DNA from: Promethearchaeota archaeon
Lineage (GTDB): Archaea; Asgardarchaeota; Lokiarchaeia; Sigyniarchaeales; SOKP01
Reading direction: 5' to 3'
DNA length: 64,000 nucleotides
Assembly: GCA_030599585.1 (NCBI GenBank)
Contig: JAUVNS010000015.1
Location: 1-64,000, forward strand
Position 1 is the stretch's first letter; each line of letters starts with the position of its first letter. Shown piece by piece: positions 1 to 10,269 of the stretch. The position numbers were made by a program, and so were the translations under genes. The notes beneath the pieces were generated by a model that saw only the letters and a list, made by a program, of their open reading frames with translations, searched no databases and was not told where the DNA came from.

Positions 1-2
1 AT

Positions 3-854
3 GGCACTCTTAATCCCACGATTTCTGCTTTTTTATATTTTCTGATTTTAAGAAGAGTCAATATAACGGTTACTGGCGAAACTGATACTGGAAAAACAAC
101 TTTAATTAATACATTAGATCTATTAACACCTAAGGAGTTTCGAAAAATATATGTAGAAAATATTATTGAATCATTAAACCAATCACAGTTTCAAAGACAT
201 CAATTAAAATACCAGGTAGATTCTCTTGAAGATCAATCAACACGTCAAACATCTAAGCAAAATCAAATTAAAAATTTACTCCATCGTACTCCAGATTTAA
301 TTTATTTAGGAGAAATTTTAACTAAAGAGGAAGCTGAAGCACTTTTTCACTGTTTAGCTGCGGGTTTAAAAGGTTTTCAAACAATTCATTCTAACAATAT
401 TGATTCGTTTCTGAATAGGATTATGCATCACTTTAAAATTCACATTTCATGTTTAAGTGATTTAGGACTAATAATTTTAATGAAGAAGAATCGGCAAAGA
501 AGAATTATCACCTCGATAGTTGAGATGAAAAACAATTTACTGAAAGGTAATGAATTTTATACCACTCTTTTCAACTTTGAACCTCATTTAAAAAATTGGA
601 GTGTTTTTAAATCTTTATATGCATCAAATCTAGTTGATCAAATACGAAAACATGAAGACCTTTCTCAAGATAAATTCCAAACACTGTTTGAACTTTATCA
701 TGATGTCTTTAAAACGCTTCAGCAAATCGAAAAATTAGACATACATAAGTTAATCAAATTATTTGATCAACTGTCGTTTTATTCGTCCACAAATGTTGAG
801 ACTCTTTGTGTGTTTTGGGAAAATTGGAAAAACTCATGTAGTTTAAATTCATAA
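3..854 (+). CDS. Type II/IV secretion or pilus assembly ATPase (TadA/FlaI/VirB11 family), 5'-truncated by window edge
   Basis: Frame 3 is open from base 3 into the ORF-track 423..854. Manual translation gives Walker A GETDTGKTT, 'IYVENIIE', 'HRTPDLIYLGEI' (Walker B region) and 'GFQTIHS' (His box). Confidence 0.85.
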   Translation, partial: GTLNPTISAFLYFLILRRVNITVTGETDTGKTTLINTLDLLTPKEFRKIYVENIIESLNQSQFQRHQLKYQVDSLEDQSTRQTSKQNQIKNLLHRTPDLIYLGEILTKEEAEALFHCLAAGLKGFQTIHSNNIDSFLNRIMHHFKIHISCLSDLGLIILMKKNRQRRIITSIVEMKNNLLKGNEFYTTLFNFEPHLKNWSVFKSLYASNLVDQIRKHEDLSQDKFQTLFELYHDVFKTLQQIEKLDIHKLIKLFDQLSFYSSTNVETLCVFWENWKNSCSLNS

Positions 855-870
855 ATTTCAAATATGATAT

Positions 871-1284
871 ATGACAAATCTGTTAGAAAAAGCATTATTG
901 ACAGGTTTTGGATTATTTATTCTTATTATTTTCATCTCACTAGTAAATCCTTTTATAATAAATATTTCTGAATTTAATAGCGCGATTAAAAATGATGTAG
1001 AGAAATACAATAACTTTTTTAACGAAGTAGATACCGCAATTCTTTTTGTCATTGAGAACCCCGATGTAATTTATTTAGATGTTATTGAATACCCCGGAAA
1101 TTTAAACATATCACTGACTGAAGGCTATGTTAAATATAACTTCTTGATAGAAAACGAAGTTCAATGCAAAATCTATGAATATGTAAAACCTTTCAATAAC
1201 AATGCATATATTAACCTTTCTTCTTCCCGGTACATCTTAAATATTTCATGTAATTCTAATTATATTAATGTTCAATTCAAATAG
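871..1284 (+). CDS. Pilin-like protein with N-terminal hydrophobic helix
   Basis: MTNLLE followed by a ~20 aa hydrophobic stretch; lies between the pilus ATPase and a TadC-like gene. Confidence 0.5.
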   Translation: MTNLLEKALLTGFGLFILIIFISLVNPFIINISEFNSAIKNDVEKYNNFFNEVDTAILFVIENPDVIYLDVIEYPGNLNISLTEGYVKYNFLIENEVQCKIYEYVKPFNNNAYINLSSSRYILNISCNSNYINVQFK

Positions 1285-1304
1285 TTAAGAGTTATAATTA
1301 TACT

Positions 1305-2822
1305 ATGGATTTTACTAACAGTCTGATAATATTATGCCAAAAAATTCATCCGTATCATATCCCTAAATTCAGATTTAGAAAATTAGATACTAGATACAAA
1401 GTAATGTATGAAAAAGAATACAATCTTCATGAGAATGATATTAATAAAGCTAGCTTTATCATATTTTTAATTTCGTTCATTACATTGTTCATTACTTCCA
1501 TCTTTCTCTCGATATTCAATCTTTTTCAAATATTTTCTTATTCCCTAATATTCTCCTTATTTTTTTCATACAACTTCAATAAAAAGTTTTACAAATTAAT
1601 CTTAAAAAAGGAGAATCAATTGAATGCCTTCGTATACGTTATTAGAATATATTTTTCACTTATTCAAAAATCCGTTGGAAACAGTGCTGATTTACCTATT
1701 AATTTTATCAAACTAATTTCAGACTATAACCTTCCAATTAAGAACGAATTCAGGAAAATATTAAACAAGATTCAATTAGGTCAAAATCCAGAGATGTTAC
1801 TTGCGAATGTTATCACTCCTTCAATAGATTTTAATTCCTACTTAAAAGAATTGCTAATATCTAATTTTACTTACAATGAAACTCTTACCGAAAATTCATT
1901 AGAAAAAAAATTTCGGCAATATCTAAGAGAAATTGAGTCAAAATTAAGTGTCTTCTTTTTTATTGGATTATTTTTCCCTTTAGGGCTCTGTTTTTTAATT
2001 TTGTTCCAAAAAATAAATGTTATTTTATTAATTATAATATTACCACTCTTTTTCTTATCAATCAAAACATTAAACAAGAAATTTCTCCGAAACGATTCAT
2101 TTTTGCTCGGATTGTTAAATAATTATTCGAAGGAGGAAAAAGCTAAATTTCACGAATTCATCTCCTTCTTGAAAAGTTTTACATTAAACTTACAGAAAAA
2201 CTCTTCCCCAGAAATTGCATTCTTACATGCATATTCACAAATTAAAAGCCAAATTGTATTAATAAACACCTTATTTAAAACACAAATTACTAATCTTATT
2301 AATTTCTCTTGTTCTTTTGAGGAAATGCTGGAAAACTTACAAATTGAACTTAGTTCAACACGTTTTAAAATAATCCTAGATGTGATTGGAAAGTTAGTTA
2401 GTAAAAACGCATACATTTCTTATAAAAAGATCAATGAGTTATTAAATGAAATTTCAAACCATCAAAAACTAGAAAACCAGTTAGAAATTATAATTAAAGG
2501 AGAAAGGTTTAGGGTTTTGTTCTTTTTATTCCTGCTACCTATCATAATTGGAGGAATTGGAGGTTTATTTCCACTGTTTAATATTATGATTAACAACATA
2601 TCCCTCTCTAGTAGTATTTACTTATCTTCAATATTAGAATTATTTTTTAGTTATGATTTCGTGGTAATTTTTCTTGCCCTTTGGTTTTGTGTCTATATAT
2701 CCTCTTACTATTTCTTGGAAATCATATCCTACGAAAGAAAGAGCGTTCTAATTATTATTTCCTGTATTATTTATATTATAGCATTTTTCTCAAGTTTTTT
2801 TAATGTTCTCAATTATTTTTAA
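1305..2822 (+). CDS. TadB/TadC (T2SS-F/FlaJ-like) membrane platform protein
   Basis: Repeated TM pairs alternating with two helical cytoplasmic domains ('EFRKILNKIQLGQNPE', 'SPEIAF'); next to the secretion ATPase. Confidence 0.7.
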   Translation: MDFTNSLIILCQKIHPYHIPKFRFRKLDTRYKVMYEKEYNLHENDINKASFIIFLISFITLFITSIFLSIFNLFQIFSYSLIFSLFFSYNFNKKFYKLILKKENQLNAFVYVIRIYFSLIQKSVGNSADLPINFIKLISDYNLPIKNEFRKILNKIQLGQNPEMLLANVITPSIDFNSYLKELLISNFTYNETLTENSLEKKFRQYLREIESKLSVFFFIGLFFPLGLCFLILFQKINVILLIIILPLFFLSIKTLNKKFLRNDSFLLGLLNNYSKEEKAKFHEFISFLKSFTLNLQKNSSPEIAFLHAYSQIKSQIVLINTLFKTQITNLINFSCSFEEMLENLQIELSSTRFKIILDVIGKLVSKNAYISYKKINELLNEISNHQKLENQLEIIIKGERFRVLFFLFLLPIIIGGIGGLFPLFNIMINNISLSSSIYLSSILELFFSYDFVVIFLALWFCVYISSYYFLEIISYERKSVLIIISCIIYIIAFFSSFFNVLNYF

Positions 2823-2839
2823 GCAGAATTTTGTAAGCA

Positions 2840-3136
2840 TTAACCAAAAAAAATGACATAGAATAATTCCGCTATTAAAAAAACTCCAATAAATATAATA
2901 AAGAATTTAGAATAAGATATTATCGTTTCAAATAATAATATATCAAAACTAGTATTAAACATAAAAATTTCGATTTCATTTAGAATTTGAAGGAAGGGTA
3001 TTAAAAATATTAAGAAAATAATAAGAGAACCAAATATTGTAGTTAGTTCTGTTGATGTTATGGAATATAGAAAAATAAATATGAAAAAAGACACTAATAA
3101 GAAGAATTGCAGTAGATTTAAAGTAAAATTCGACAT
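2840..3136 (-). CDS. Small multi-pass membrane protein
   Basis: 98 aa with about three hydrophobic segments; fills the intergenic gap. Confidence 0.5.
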   Translation of the reverse strand: MSNFTLNLLQFFLLVSFFIFIFLYSITSTELTTIFGSLIIFLIFLIPFLQILNEIEIFMFNTSFDILLFETIISYSKFFIIFIGVFLIAELFYVIFFG

Positions 3137-3320
3137 AGTCCAACTTATATGATAAAAAAACTATTTAAAATTCTAAGAATATTTTAAAAGATCATAGGAT
3201 ATTGAAAATCAAAAACCTAATTTTATATGACGAGAATTAAGTCTATTTCACATTATTTTTTCGAATGTTTAAAAGTGTGAAAATCCGATTGGCCTAGAAA
3301 ATATTATATAAAAAAATGAT

Positions 3321-3821
3321 TTGATTATAATTATGAGAAATTTAAAATTAAAGGGATTAAAATATGATAAGGGAAAATACGATTTATATAATGAAAGATT
3401 TGTGTTTTTTCCACCACAAATAATTGATATATTATCATCGATATATGGAGAAGGAGTAAAGTCCTTACTAGTTTGGCTAGGTAAAAAAGTTGGTTGGGCG
3501 TTAATTCAGAATTGGGATGATCATTTAAAATCAAAAACCTTAAATGATTTAGTTAATCAATTTTGCACTGCAGTAAGCAATCATGGATGGGGGATTTTTA
3601 ATCCAAAACAAATTTCAGACAACTTAATAGTAATTGAACTTAAACATAATATCTCAAACAATTTAAATAACAAATCGAAGTATATATGTTATTATATTAC
3701 GGGTTTATTAGCTGGTTTTGGAGAATATGCACTCTATAAGGTAAATGTTATAGAAAATAGTTGTTATATTGAGAATCCTGGATTAAATTCATGTGAATTT
3801 AGAATCGAGAAAATTATTTAA
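3321..3821 (+). CDS. V4R/Bet3-like domain protein
   Basis: 'GKKVG', 'GWG', 'CYYITGLLAG', 'ENSCY...CEFRI' pattern typical of V4R domains. Confidence 0.8.
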   Translation: MIIIMRNLKLKGLKYDKGKYDLYNERFVFFPPQIIDILSSIYGEGVKSLLVWLGKKVGWALIQNWDDHLKSKTLNDLVNQFCTAVSNHGWGIFNPKQISDNLIVIELKHNISNNLNNKSKYICYYITGLLAGFGEYALYKVNVIENSCYIENPGLNSCEFRIEKII

Positions 3822-3830
3822 AGATTAAAA

Positions 3831-4253
3831 TCACCATGGATCCCATTCTTCAGGATTCAGTTCTTTAACTTCGTTATTTTTAAGCTCTCTTTCTGAAATT
3901 TGAGGTTCTATTTTTACATAGATTTTTTCATCTTCATTAATCTTTTGGTGTGATTCAAAATCTTCATGAGTTAAGTCATCTGTTAATGATATTTTATCAT
4001 CGCCAATTACCACATCTTTAAAAGCTGAAATTAATGACAAAAAATTAAAAAACTCTTCCTTCTTCATTTCCACATTTATAAAATCACCGTTTTTTAATAA
4101 TCTAAGTTTTATCAGGCGAACCTCGCCACTTATTTCTACTGAAGTCAATTCAATATTTTCATTTTTATTTTTTAACTGAATCTTCCATGAAGTTTCTCTC
4201 GTTTTTTCGATTTCCATTAATTTAGCCTCATTCTTAGGGCAATTAAATATCAA
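3831..4253 (-). CDS. Hypothetical protein
   Basis: 140 aa ORF ending EEWDPW; true start may be the internal ATG. Confidence 0.6.
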   Translation of the reverse strand: MIFNCPKNEAKLMEIEKTRETSWKIQLKNKNENIELTSVEISGEVRLIKLRLLKNGDFINVEMKKEEFFNFLSLISAFKDVVIGDDKISLTDDLTHEDFESHQKINEDEKIYVKIEPQISERELKNNEVKELNPEEWDPW

Positions 4254-4353
4254 TAATTTAATAAAAATTAACCAATTTAAAATTATCCTTATATAAGTAC
4301 CGAAGATTTAAATCAAAAAGTTAAAAAAAGCGGTGCTCATTACTTACTTTTTA

Positions 4354-5019
4354 TTAGAAAAGGTAATTAATCATCAAAAAATCATAGGAAATGAAGATTA
4401 ATACTGCAATTGGAGGTCTAACTTGTGCTAAAAATTGAAATCTTTCTCTCTTTTCATTATAAAACAAAGTTAATGCTTTCATCTGGAGCTTGGCATCTGA
4501 GTATTCATTTATTTGCGAGAAATCCATAAATCTATAAAATAATTTTAAAAATGTTACTCGAGGATATGAAACTTTCTCATTTAAAGCATGTAACATATTG
4601 TAAGGATAAGACTTTGTTAAAAAACGATTGAAAAGGTAATTGCTTGATATTATTAATAAAAATAAGATTAAAAGGTATAAAAAAAAAGAAAAAAACAGAT
4701 GGAAATTAAAACCAAGAATTGGAAAAGCGAAGAACAAAAAGATAATCAACTTACCATCACTTCCCCCTATTAATTTTAAACAGAACAGTGAAAAGGAAAA
4801 AGTAAATGCTAATAAAACGATAAAAGTTTTGCGGATCACAAATATCATCAGATTAGTATAAAAATTTTGAGCTTCAATAAGTGCTAAGCCGAAACCAACA
4901 ATAAAAAAAAATACAAGGCTTTTGTTGGGTATTTTCCTAAACCATATATCTCTATACATACAGTATAATAGAACAATATTTGAATAATAAAAAAAGATTC
5001 CCTCGATGTTTGGAGTCAA
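4354..5019 (-). CDS. Prepilin peptidase (A24 family, GxGD-type aspartic protease)
   Basis: 'DIWFRKIPN' and 'IGGSDGKL' catalytic Asp motifs; multi-TM. Confidence 0.8.
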   Translation of the reverse strand: MTPNIEGIFFYYSNIVLLYCMYRDIWFRKIPNKSLVFFFIVGFGLALIEAQNFYTNLMIFVIRKTFIVLLAFTFSFSLFCLKLIGGSDGKLIIFLFFAFPILGFNFHLFFSFFLYLLILFLLIISSNYLFNRFLTKSYPYNMLHALNEKVSYPRVTFLKLFYRFMDFSQINEYSDAKLQMKALTLFYNEKRERFQFLAQVRPPIAVLIFISYDFLMINYLF

Positions 5020-5022
5020 TCC

Positions 5023-5316
5023 TTATAAATCGCCCTCCCATATTTGTATAAATGCTTTTAAGCTCTTAGCCCTAATGTTTTCAAATTTGTATCTATATAT
5101 TTTAATTCGCCCAAATATTTTCTCCTGAATTAAATTATAGGATTTCAAACAACCTAAGTGACTTTTGACGCTAGCATGATTAAGTTTAGTAATCTTTATA
5201 ATCTGGGATATTGACAATTCTTGATTTAACGCTAATACTTTCAAGATTTTAATTCTTGCTCGTGACCCTAATAAATTTTCAATTTTAAAATTCTCTTCTG
5301 CTTCTTTTACTATCAA
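5023..5316 (-). CDS. ArsR-like winged-helix DNA-binding protein
   Basis: 'LLGSRARIKILKVL...LSISQI...NHASVKSHL...LIQEK.FGRIKIYR'; overlaps the cdc6 stop. Confidence 0.8.
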   Translation of the reverse strand: MIVKEAEENFKIENLLGSRARIKILKVLALNQELSISQIIKITKLNHASVKSHLGCLKSYNLIQEKIFGRIKIYRYKFENIRAKSLKAFIQIWEGDL

Positions 5317-6527
5317 ATCTTAATACCTTTAGTTTCCATTACTTCTAATAATAATTCTTTGTACTTTGAAATTGGAATATTTTGAACATCTATTTGAGCT
5401 TTTCGGCCTTTAATAGACTCACTTACGATTTCCATAGTGATTAAATCTTCTCTTTTAAAATCCTGGAGGTAATTCCATAGCTGTGAATGAGATCGTGGTA
5501 GAATTGTTAAACTTTCACATAATATTAAATACGATTCAGTGATTTCACGAACAGAAGTATGAATTCCTCTACACTTATCTAAAGAATTAATAATCGCTAA
5601 TAAAAAGATGATTTTTTGAGTAGACATATATTTTAATATATCTAGTGTTGAGAAAGGGACTATGTCTTGATTTGCGAGTCGGATTGATTCTATAGTGATG
5701 TATTTCAAGTTCTGATTTTCAGCGATTTTAGTTGATTTCCATAACAAGTTTAATCCATACCTTATATCTCCACTCTGATAAACTAATTCTGCAATAATTT
5801 GAATTAATTTATCCGAAATAATATTATCCTTTAAACTAATTTCTGTTCTAAACTTCAATATTTCAAAGAGTTGTTCTTTATTATAATTGCTGAAATATAT
5901 TATATTTCTCTGTAAAGTGCTCAAAGTACTAGTATCTAAACCACTTAAACAAGATATATCTCTTGCAATTCCAATAATAGAAATGTGTTGACGAGTATTG
6001 AATGAGTCATCGTTAATTCTTGTAAGTGAATAAATAAGATCACCATCCTTGCCAATTAAATAACTTAATTCATCCAAAACAATTAATAAATGGAGGTTTT
6101 GATCTTTAATAATATCAACAATAATTTCAAGTAAATCTTGTGGAGAGTAGCCTCTTTTTGGAAAATTATTATTAAGTGCACGAACTATTTTTATTAGTAC
6201 TTTGTAGCTAGTCTTTTCCTTCCGACAATTAATATGAACATACTTAATATCTCCTGATCTTTTTTGAGCTGCGTTTACTAACATTTCTCCAAAGAGTTTA
6301 ATTGTAACTGTTTTTCCAATTCCAGTTTTTCCAATTATTAATATTTTTCGTGAAATTGAATTCGGATTCACTATGAGCTCTAAAAATAGTTGAGAAAGCA
6401 GTGCCAACTCTTTATTTCGATGCGGTAACCTTTTAGGTGCATAATTGTTATCGAGTTTACTTTCGTTTTTGAACAATGATGGTTTTTTTAATAAATTTTC
6501 AAAGTAATCTATTGTCATGAGGAACAT
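5313..6527 (-). CDS. cdc6: Orc1/Cdc6 replication initiator
   Basis: 'LDNNYAPKRLPHR', Walker A GKTGIGKT, 'HINC', Walker B LDE, sensor 'GDIRYGLNLL', C-terminal wHTH. Confidence 0.92.
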   Translation of the reverse strand: MFLMTIDYFENLLKKPSLFKNESKLDNNYAPKRLPHRNKELALLSQLFLELIVNPNSISRKILIIGKTGIGKTVTIKLFGEMLVNAAQKRSGDIKYVHINCRKEKTSYKVLIKIVRALNNNFPKRGYSPQDLLEIIVDIIKDQNLHLLIVLDELSYLIGKDGDLIYSLTRINDDSFNTRQHISIIGIARDISCLSGLDTSTLSTLQRNIIYFSNYNKEQLFEILKFRTEISLKDNIISDKLIQIIAELVYQSGDIRYGLNLLWKSTKIAENQNLKYITIESIRLANQDIVPFSTLDILKYMSTQKIIFLLAIINSLDKCRGIHTSVREITESYLILCESLTILPRSHSQLWNYLQDFKREDLITMEIVSESIKGRKAQIDVQNIPISKYKELLLEVMETKGIKI

Positions 6528-6786
6528 TTGATAGAATGATATTAGAAGATAGAAAATTATAATATATAACGAAATACAGAGTACTAATTTTTTATTATTA
6601 TAATGAATTATTAACTATTTTAGTTCTCAAGTTCCTCTCTGGAGAGTATGCAATTGTTCGTGTTATTAATAATTATCGCTACTTTGGTTCAATTAAAAGC
6701 GTTATTCTTTTTTGTCGGATGGCTGATTCCATCCTTGTAATTATATTGTAAAAGTTAGTTAAATAACTCGCCAATCGATTTTTGAT

Positions 6787-8001
6787 TCAAAATTTAAATG
6801 TGATATCTCTAATTAACTTAAAACCCGCCTTTTTGTATTTATATACTTTTAAGCCTATTGATGTGAAAAGAGAAGTTAAAATTGAAAGGAGACAAATATT
6901 AACAAAATAGAACGAGCTATTATTTCTAAGAAATTGAAAATTATGAATTTGAAAAGATAGAGATATTGTTCTATTCTCAATATAAATAGTTCCGTTAAAT
7001 ACAACATCTACATAAAGTACTATATCACTCTCTTTAAAGTTGAAAATAGATGGTAATATGTTGATAGTAACAAATCCCGTTTGATTAGTCTTTAATATCT
7101 CCTCGTATTCGAGAGTTGAACTACTATAAACAGTAATTTTTAAATTCTCATTTTCAAGCGGTTTTTTACTCGAGTTAAAATAGTAGTAAAATAGCTGAAT
7201 TTTAATCAAGCTACTTTCTTCTGTATTATTTACAAAATTAATAATTTCTACATAAACAGGTATTTTTTTTACATATACTTCGTATGAGAATGTTGTATCC
7301 CAATAATGCGAGTTGTTTTTAATAATAAATGATATAGTATTTCTTCCTAATCCTAAATGCTTAACCGTTGAAATGTTGAATGAAAGGAAGCCATCCTTAT
7401 CTGTTTTGAAATCAGTTTGATAGATAACCTCGTCATTATTCCTTATTTGACATTGCAGTGTTTCATTTTCTAAATAAAAACTCGTATTTCCACTGTAGAA
7501 TTGTGCATTAAACAAATTGGATTCTCCGTATATTAAGTCACCTTTAAAATTGGTTAATTCACAATCAACTTCTCGTTTAGTAATATTAATTGCTATAATT
7601 TCTCTATAAGTTGCGACAACCTCATTAGTATTGAAATTTTTGTAGTAATTAAACATTTTTAAGTAAATTTTACAGGAATAATTTGTAAGTGTTAAATTTA
7701 AGAATTGAATATTAATTGTCCAATTTTTCTGCGAAATACCGATTACATAATAATTGGAAGAATTCCAAAGGATTTTATCAAAAATATTAGTAACCTGAAT
7801 TTGAACGTACGACACTTCGAACCCTGAATTGTAATATAACTCCCAGGATCCATTTATATAAACATTCTCATTATTATTATATGTATTTTTATCCGTTACT
7901 AGCAAAGTATTGTTACATGAAAATCCTAATACCGATTTGGGAATAAGGCTTATTCCTAATAAAAAAAATAGGAAAAGAACCACACTAATCTTTTTTTTCA
8001 C
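6787..8001 (-). CDS. Secreted/surface protein with signal peptide, beta-rich Ig-like repeats and C-terminal TM anchor
   Basis: MKKK plus hydrophobic N-terminus, many N-x-S/T sequons, repeated 'KTDKDG/KTNQTG' motifs, C-terminal TM and basic tail. Confidence 0.65.
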   Translation of the reverse strand: MKKKISVVLFLFFLLGISLIPKSVLGFSCNNTLLVTDKNTYNNNENVYINGSWELYYNSGFEVSYVQIQVTNIFDKILWNSSNYYVIGISQKNWTINIQFLNLTLTNYSCKIYLKMFNYYKNFNTNEVVATYREIIAINITKREVDCELTNFKGDLIYGESNLFNAQFYSGNTSFYLENETLQCQIRNNDEVIYQTDFKTDKDGFLSFNISTVKHLGLGRNTISFIIKNNSHYWDTTFSYEVYVKKIPVYVEIINFVNNTEESSLIKIQLFYYYFNSSKKPLENENLKITVYSSSTLEYEEILKTNQTGFVTINILPSIFNFKESDIVLYVDVVFNGTIYIENRTISLSFQIHNFQFLRNNSSFYFVNICLLSILTSLFTSIGLKVYKYKKAGFKLIRDITFKF

Positions 8002-8107
8002 ATCAATTTTATTTATTAAAATATAAAAACTCAGATAATTCCAAAAAACATTTATTTTGTCAAAGATTAAAATCCAAAACTAAGAAATTTGTTATTGTTG
8101 AATAAAA

Positions 8108-8308
8108 GTGGGAAAAGTAAGAACTCTTTTGATAAAAAAAGTCTCAAAAGAATTAATAAGTAAATATCCAAATGTATTCACCACAGATTTTGAAAGAAAT
8201 AAGGTGTTATTGGATAAATATTCTAAAGTAGATTCAAAACATCTAAGAAATCGAATTTCAGGTTATATCGTTAACTTAATGAAGATAAAAGTTAGAGACC
8301 AATCTTAA
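8108..8308 (+). CDS. rps17e: 30S ribosomal protein S17e
   Basis: MGKVRT...FTTDFERNK...SKHLRNRISGY; GTG start. Confidence 0.95.
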   Translation: MGKVRTLLIKKVSKELISKYPNVFTTDFERNKVLLDKYSKVDSKHLRNRISGYIVNLMKIKVRDQS

Positions 8309-8334
8309 AAAATGAATTTATATAACTAAAATAA

Positions 8335-8733
8335 ATGAGAAATCACGTGGTCTATATTAAAGAAGATGCAAGAATTATGGCAGATTTTTTAAAATCTGGT
8401 CATAAAATGTTAAGTTTGTCTTGTCCTATCTGTAATAATCCAATCTTTCAAAATAAAAGTGGAACTAATTTTTGTCCTATTTGTAATAGGGAAGTGTTAT
8501 TAGTTGATAATAATTCTGATAAGAATGATGTAGATATTAAATCAACTGGAAATAATCCCGTTGAAGTTACAAATATAAACAGTGAATTGTTATCTGTTCT
8601 TATTGAAAAGATTAATTGGATTACTCATAAGCTAGAAAATGAAACCCAATTACACATTATTAATGAATACTTAGAGCTAATACTTAATCTATTGAAAGTT
8701 CTTGAAAAACTTAAGAGATTCAAGTTATTATAG
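8335..8733 (+). CDS. UPF0148/Sjogren autoantigen p27-like Zn-ribbon protein
   Basis: 'MADFLKSGHKMLSLSCPICNNPIF...FCPIC'. Confidence 0.85.
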   Translation: MRNHVVYIKEDARIMADFLKSGHKMLSLSCPICNNPIFQNKSGTNFCPICNREVLLVDNNSDKNDVDIKSTGNNPVEVTNINSELLSVLIEKINWITHKLENETQLHIINEYLELILNLLKVLEKLKRFKLL

Positions 8734-8762
8734 GAACTTAAATAAAAATTATCTCACATTAA

Positions 8763-8862
8763 TGCTTCTGCCGGGATTTGAACCCGGGTCACGAGGGTGA
8801 GAGCCTCGCATGCCAAACCCTTTCTTTCATAAGAAAGTTTGGCCGAACTACACTACAGAAGC
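8763..8862 (-). tRNA. tRNA-Glu(CTC) with 25-nt D-loop intron
   Basis: Acceptor GCTTCTG/CAGAAGC, anticodon arm CGAGG-CTCTCAC-CCTCG, T arm CCGGG-TTCAAAT-CCCGG. BHB-type motif GGCC AA^A CTTTCTT..AAGAAAG GGTT TG^G. Confidence 0.9.
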
Positions 8863-9004
8863 AGACTTATTATTAAAATTTATTATTTTATTAAACCTTA
8901 AATTAATTTTAAACTTAATTAAAAAAAAAATAATTATAACGATTAATAATAATGCAATTCAATCGTAATTTAAAATGTTTTCATCCAACACAAGGTAAAC
9001 GAAA

Positions 9005-10027
9005 TTAGCATTCCTTCAGTATGAAAATTGGTTTAAGCAAGTTAACATAATGGTCTCTAATAGAATATTCAGCTATGTTAGTTGCTAATGAAATTAATTT
9101 TTGAGTTAACACGGTTTTTTGATTGTATTCCTTCGATAGCAACTTATCTGCTAGATAAATAATAGCTCCAGTTAAAATAAAAGGGTTTCGTCCACCACGT
9201 TCCCATTTATTTAAACTTGCTAAAATCGATCTGCATTTACTCGTCAGCTTACACTTATAATCTTCTTTAGACCAAACACTACCTTTTTTTGCCAATCTCA
9301 TCTCTAAACCTTTATGATTTGTGATGTTATCGATCAATCTATTTAAGTAATCCTCACTACTATGAGGTATCGCATCACTATTTAAATGGTTCTTGTACCT
9401 TATTCCATCTCTTAAAATCAATCTTGGATTAACTCGGTGCCCAAAACTTTGAAAAGCATTTGAAATTTCGTTAATTGTAATTGGAGCATTATGAAACTCT
9501 TTACGAACTGAATAGAATATGCAAAAAGCAATCAAGGAAATATTATTGATAACGCGCTCTTCATTCTTAATTATCTTTTTATAGAAATATGCCGCATTAT
9601 TCCTAATATTTTTATTCAAGTTCAGAAAGATTGAGATTTTGTTTAAAATATTAAAAATCCTATATTCAGTTTCATGGTTTTTAATTCTTAAAAATTGCGA
9701 ATAGTTTTTTTTTAATCTTCTATACAATTTTTGCTCATCTGGGGGTAATAACTTACCCGTTTTATCTTTCAAATATTTTGAATTCTCATAGTCTATAAAA
9801 GTCCCTAACCCCCCAATATAATCTGTTCTTTCTCCTAAAGCAACATACTGCTTATTCAAATTACTCTTTGTATTAATATTGTTAAAAATATATGACGACT
9901 CCTTATATATGTTGTCTAATACTAACCCACAATCCTTACATGTTATTTCGAAAGAATTCGTCATTATTGGACCACCACATTCAGAGCATTTTTCTTCTTC
10001 TATACTTTCTTTTGCCTTAATTTCCAT
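9005..10027 (-). CDS. Divergent TFB/TFIIB-like protein
   Basis: N-terminal CxxC...CxxCG Zn ribbon and two cyclin-like repeats ('GRNPFILTGAIIY', 'LTQKLISLATNIAEYSIRDHY'). Confidence 0.8.
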   Translation of the reverse strand: MEIKAKESIEEEKCSECGGPIMTNSFEITCKDCGLVLDNIYKESSYIFNNINTKSNLNKQYVALGERTDYIGGLGTFIDYENSKYLKDKTGKLLPPDEQKLYRRLKKNYSQFLRIKNHETEYRIFNILNKISIFLNLNKNIRNNAAYFYKKIIKNEERVINNISLIAFCIFYSVRKEFHNAPITINEISNAFQSFGHRVNPRLILRDGIRYKNHLNSDAIPHSSEDYLNRLIDNITNHKGLEMRLAKKGSVWSKEDYKCKLTSKCRSILASLNKWERGGRNPFILTGAIIYLADKLLSKEYNQKTVLTQKLISLATNIAEYSIRDHYVNLLKPIFILKEC

Positions 10028-10269
10028 TCTATCACCTAAAAAATAAGGAATATAAAGTACTAAATTAATCAGGCTTTTATCTCAATTTTGTAGAATGTTT
10101 GTCACTTAAAGTAGAATAAATTTACATCGGAGTTCATAAAATTATTTTAGAGCCAGACTGAGAGGTGATTGGAATTAAAAAAAAAAGGCATTTTTATTCT
10201 ATAATTCGAATTATAATTTAACGAGATATTGATCTTCTGGATTAACTTATCAATAAAGGAGAAATTAAA

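Noticed and set aside
6528-6786. Possible replication origin upstream of cdc6 (AT-rich, one TCCAGAGAGGAAC element, GGATGG/CCATCC hairpin)
   Set aside because: Only one gapped ORB-like match and no repeated boxes or G-string; cannot be supported without skew or marker-frequency data.
10161-10204. Strong SD (GAGGTGA) followed by a TTG micro-ORF MELKKKGIFIL
   Set aside because: Single occurrence, spacing too short, spans an A10 run, and has no homolog in the window.
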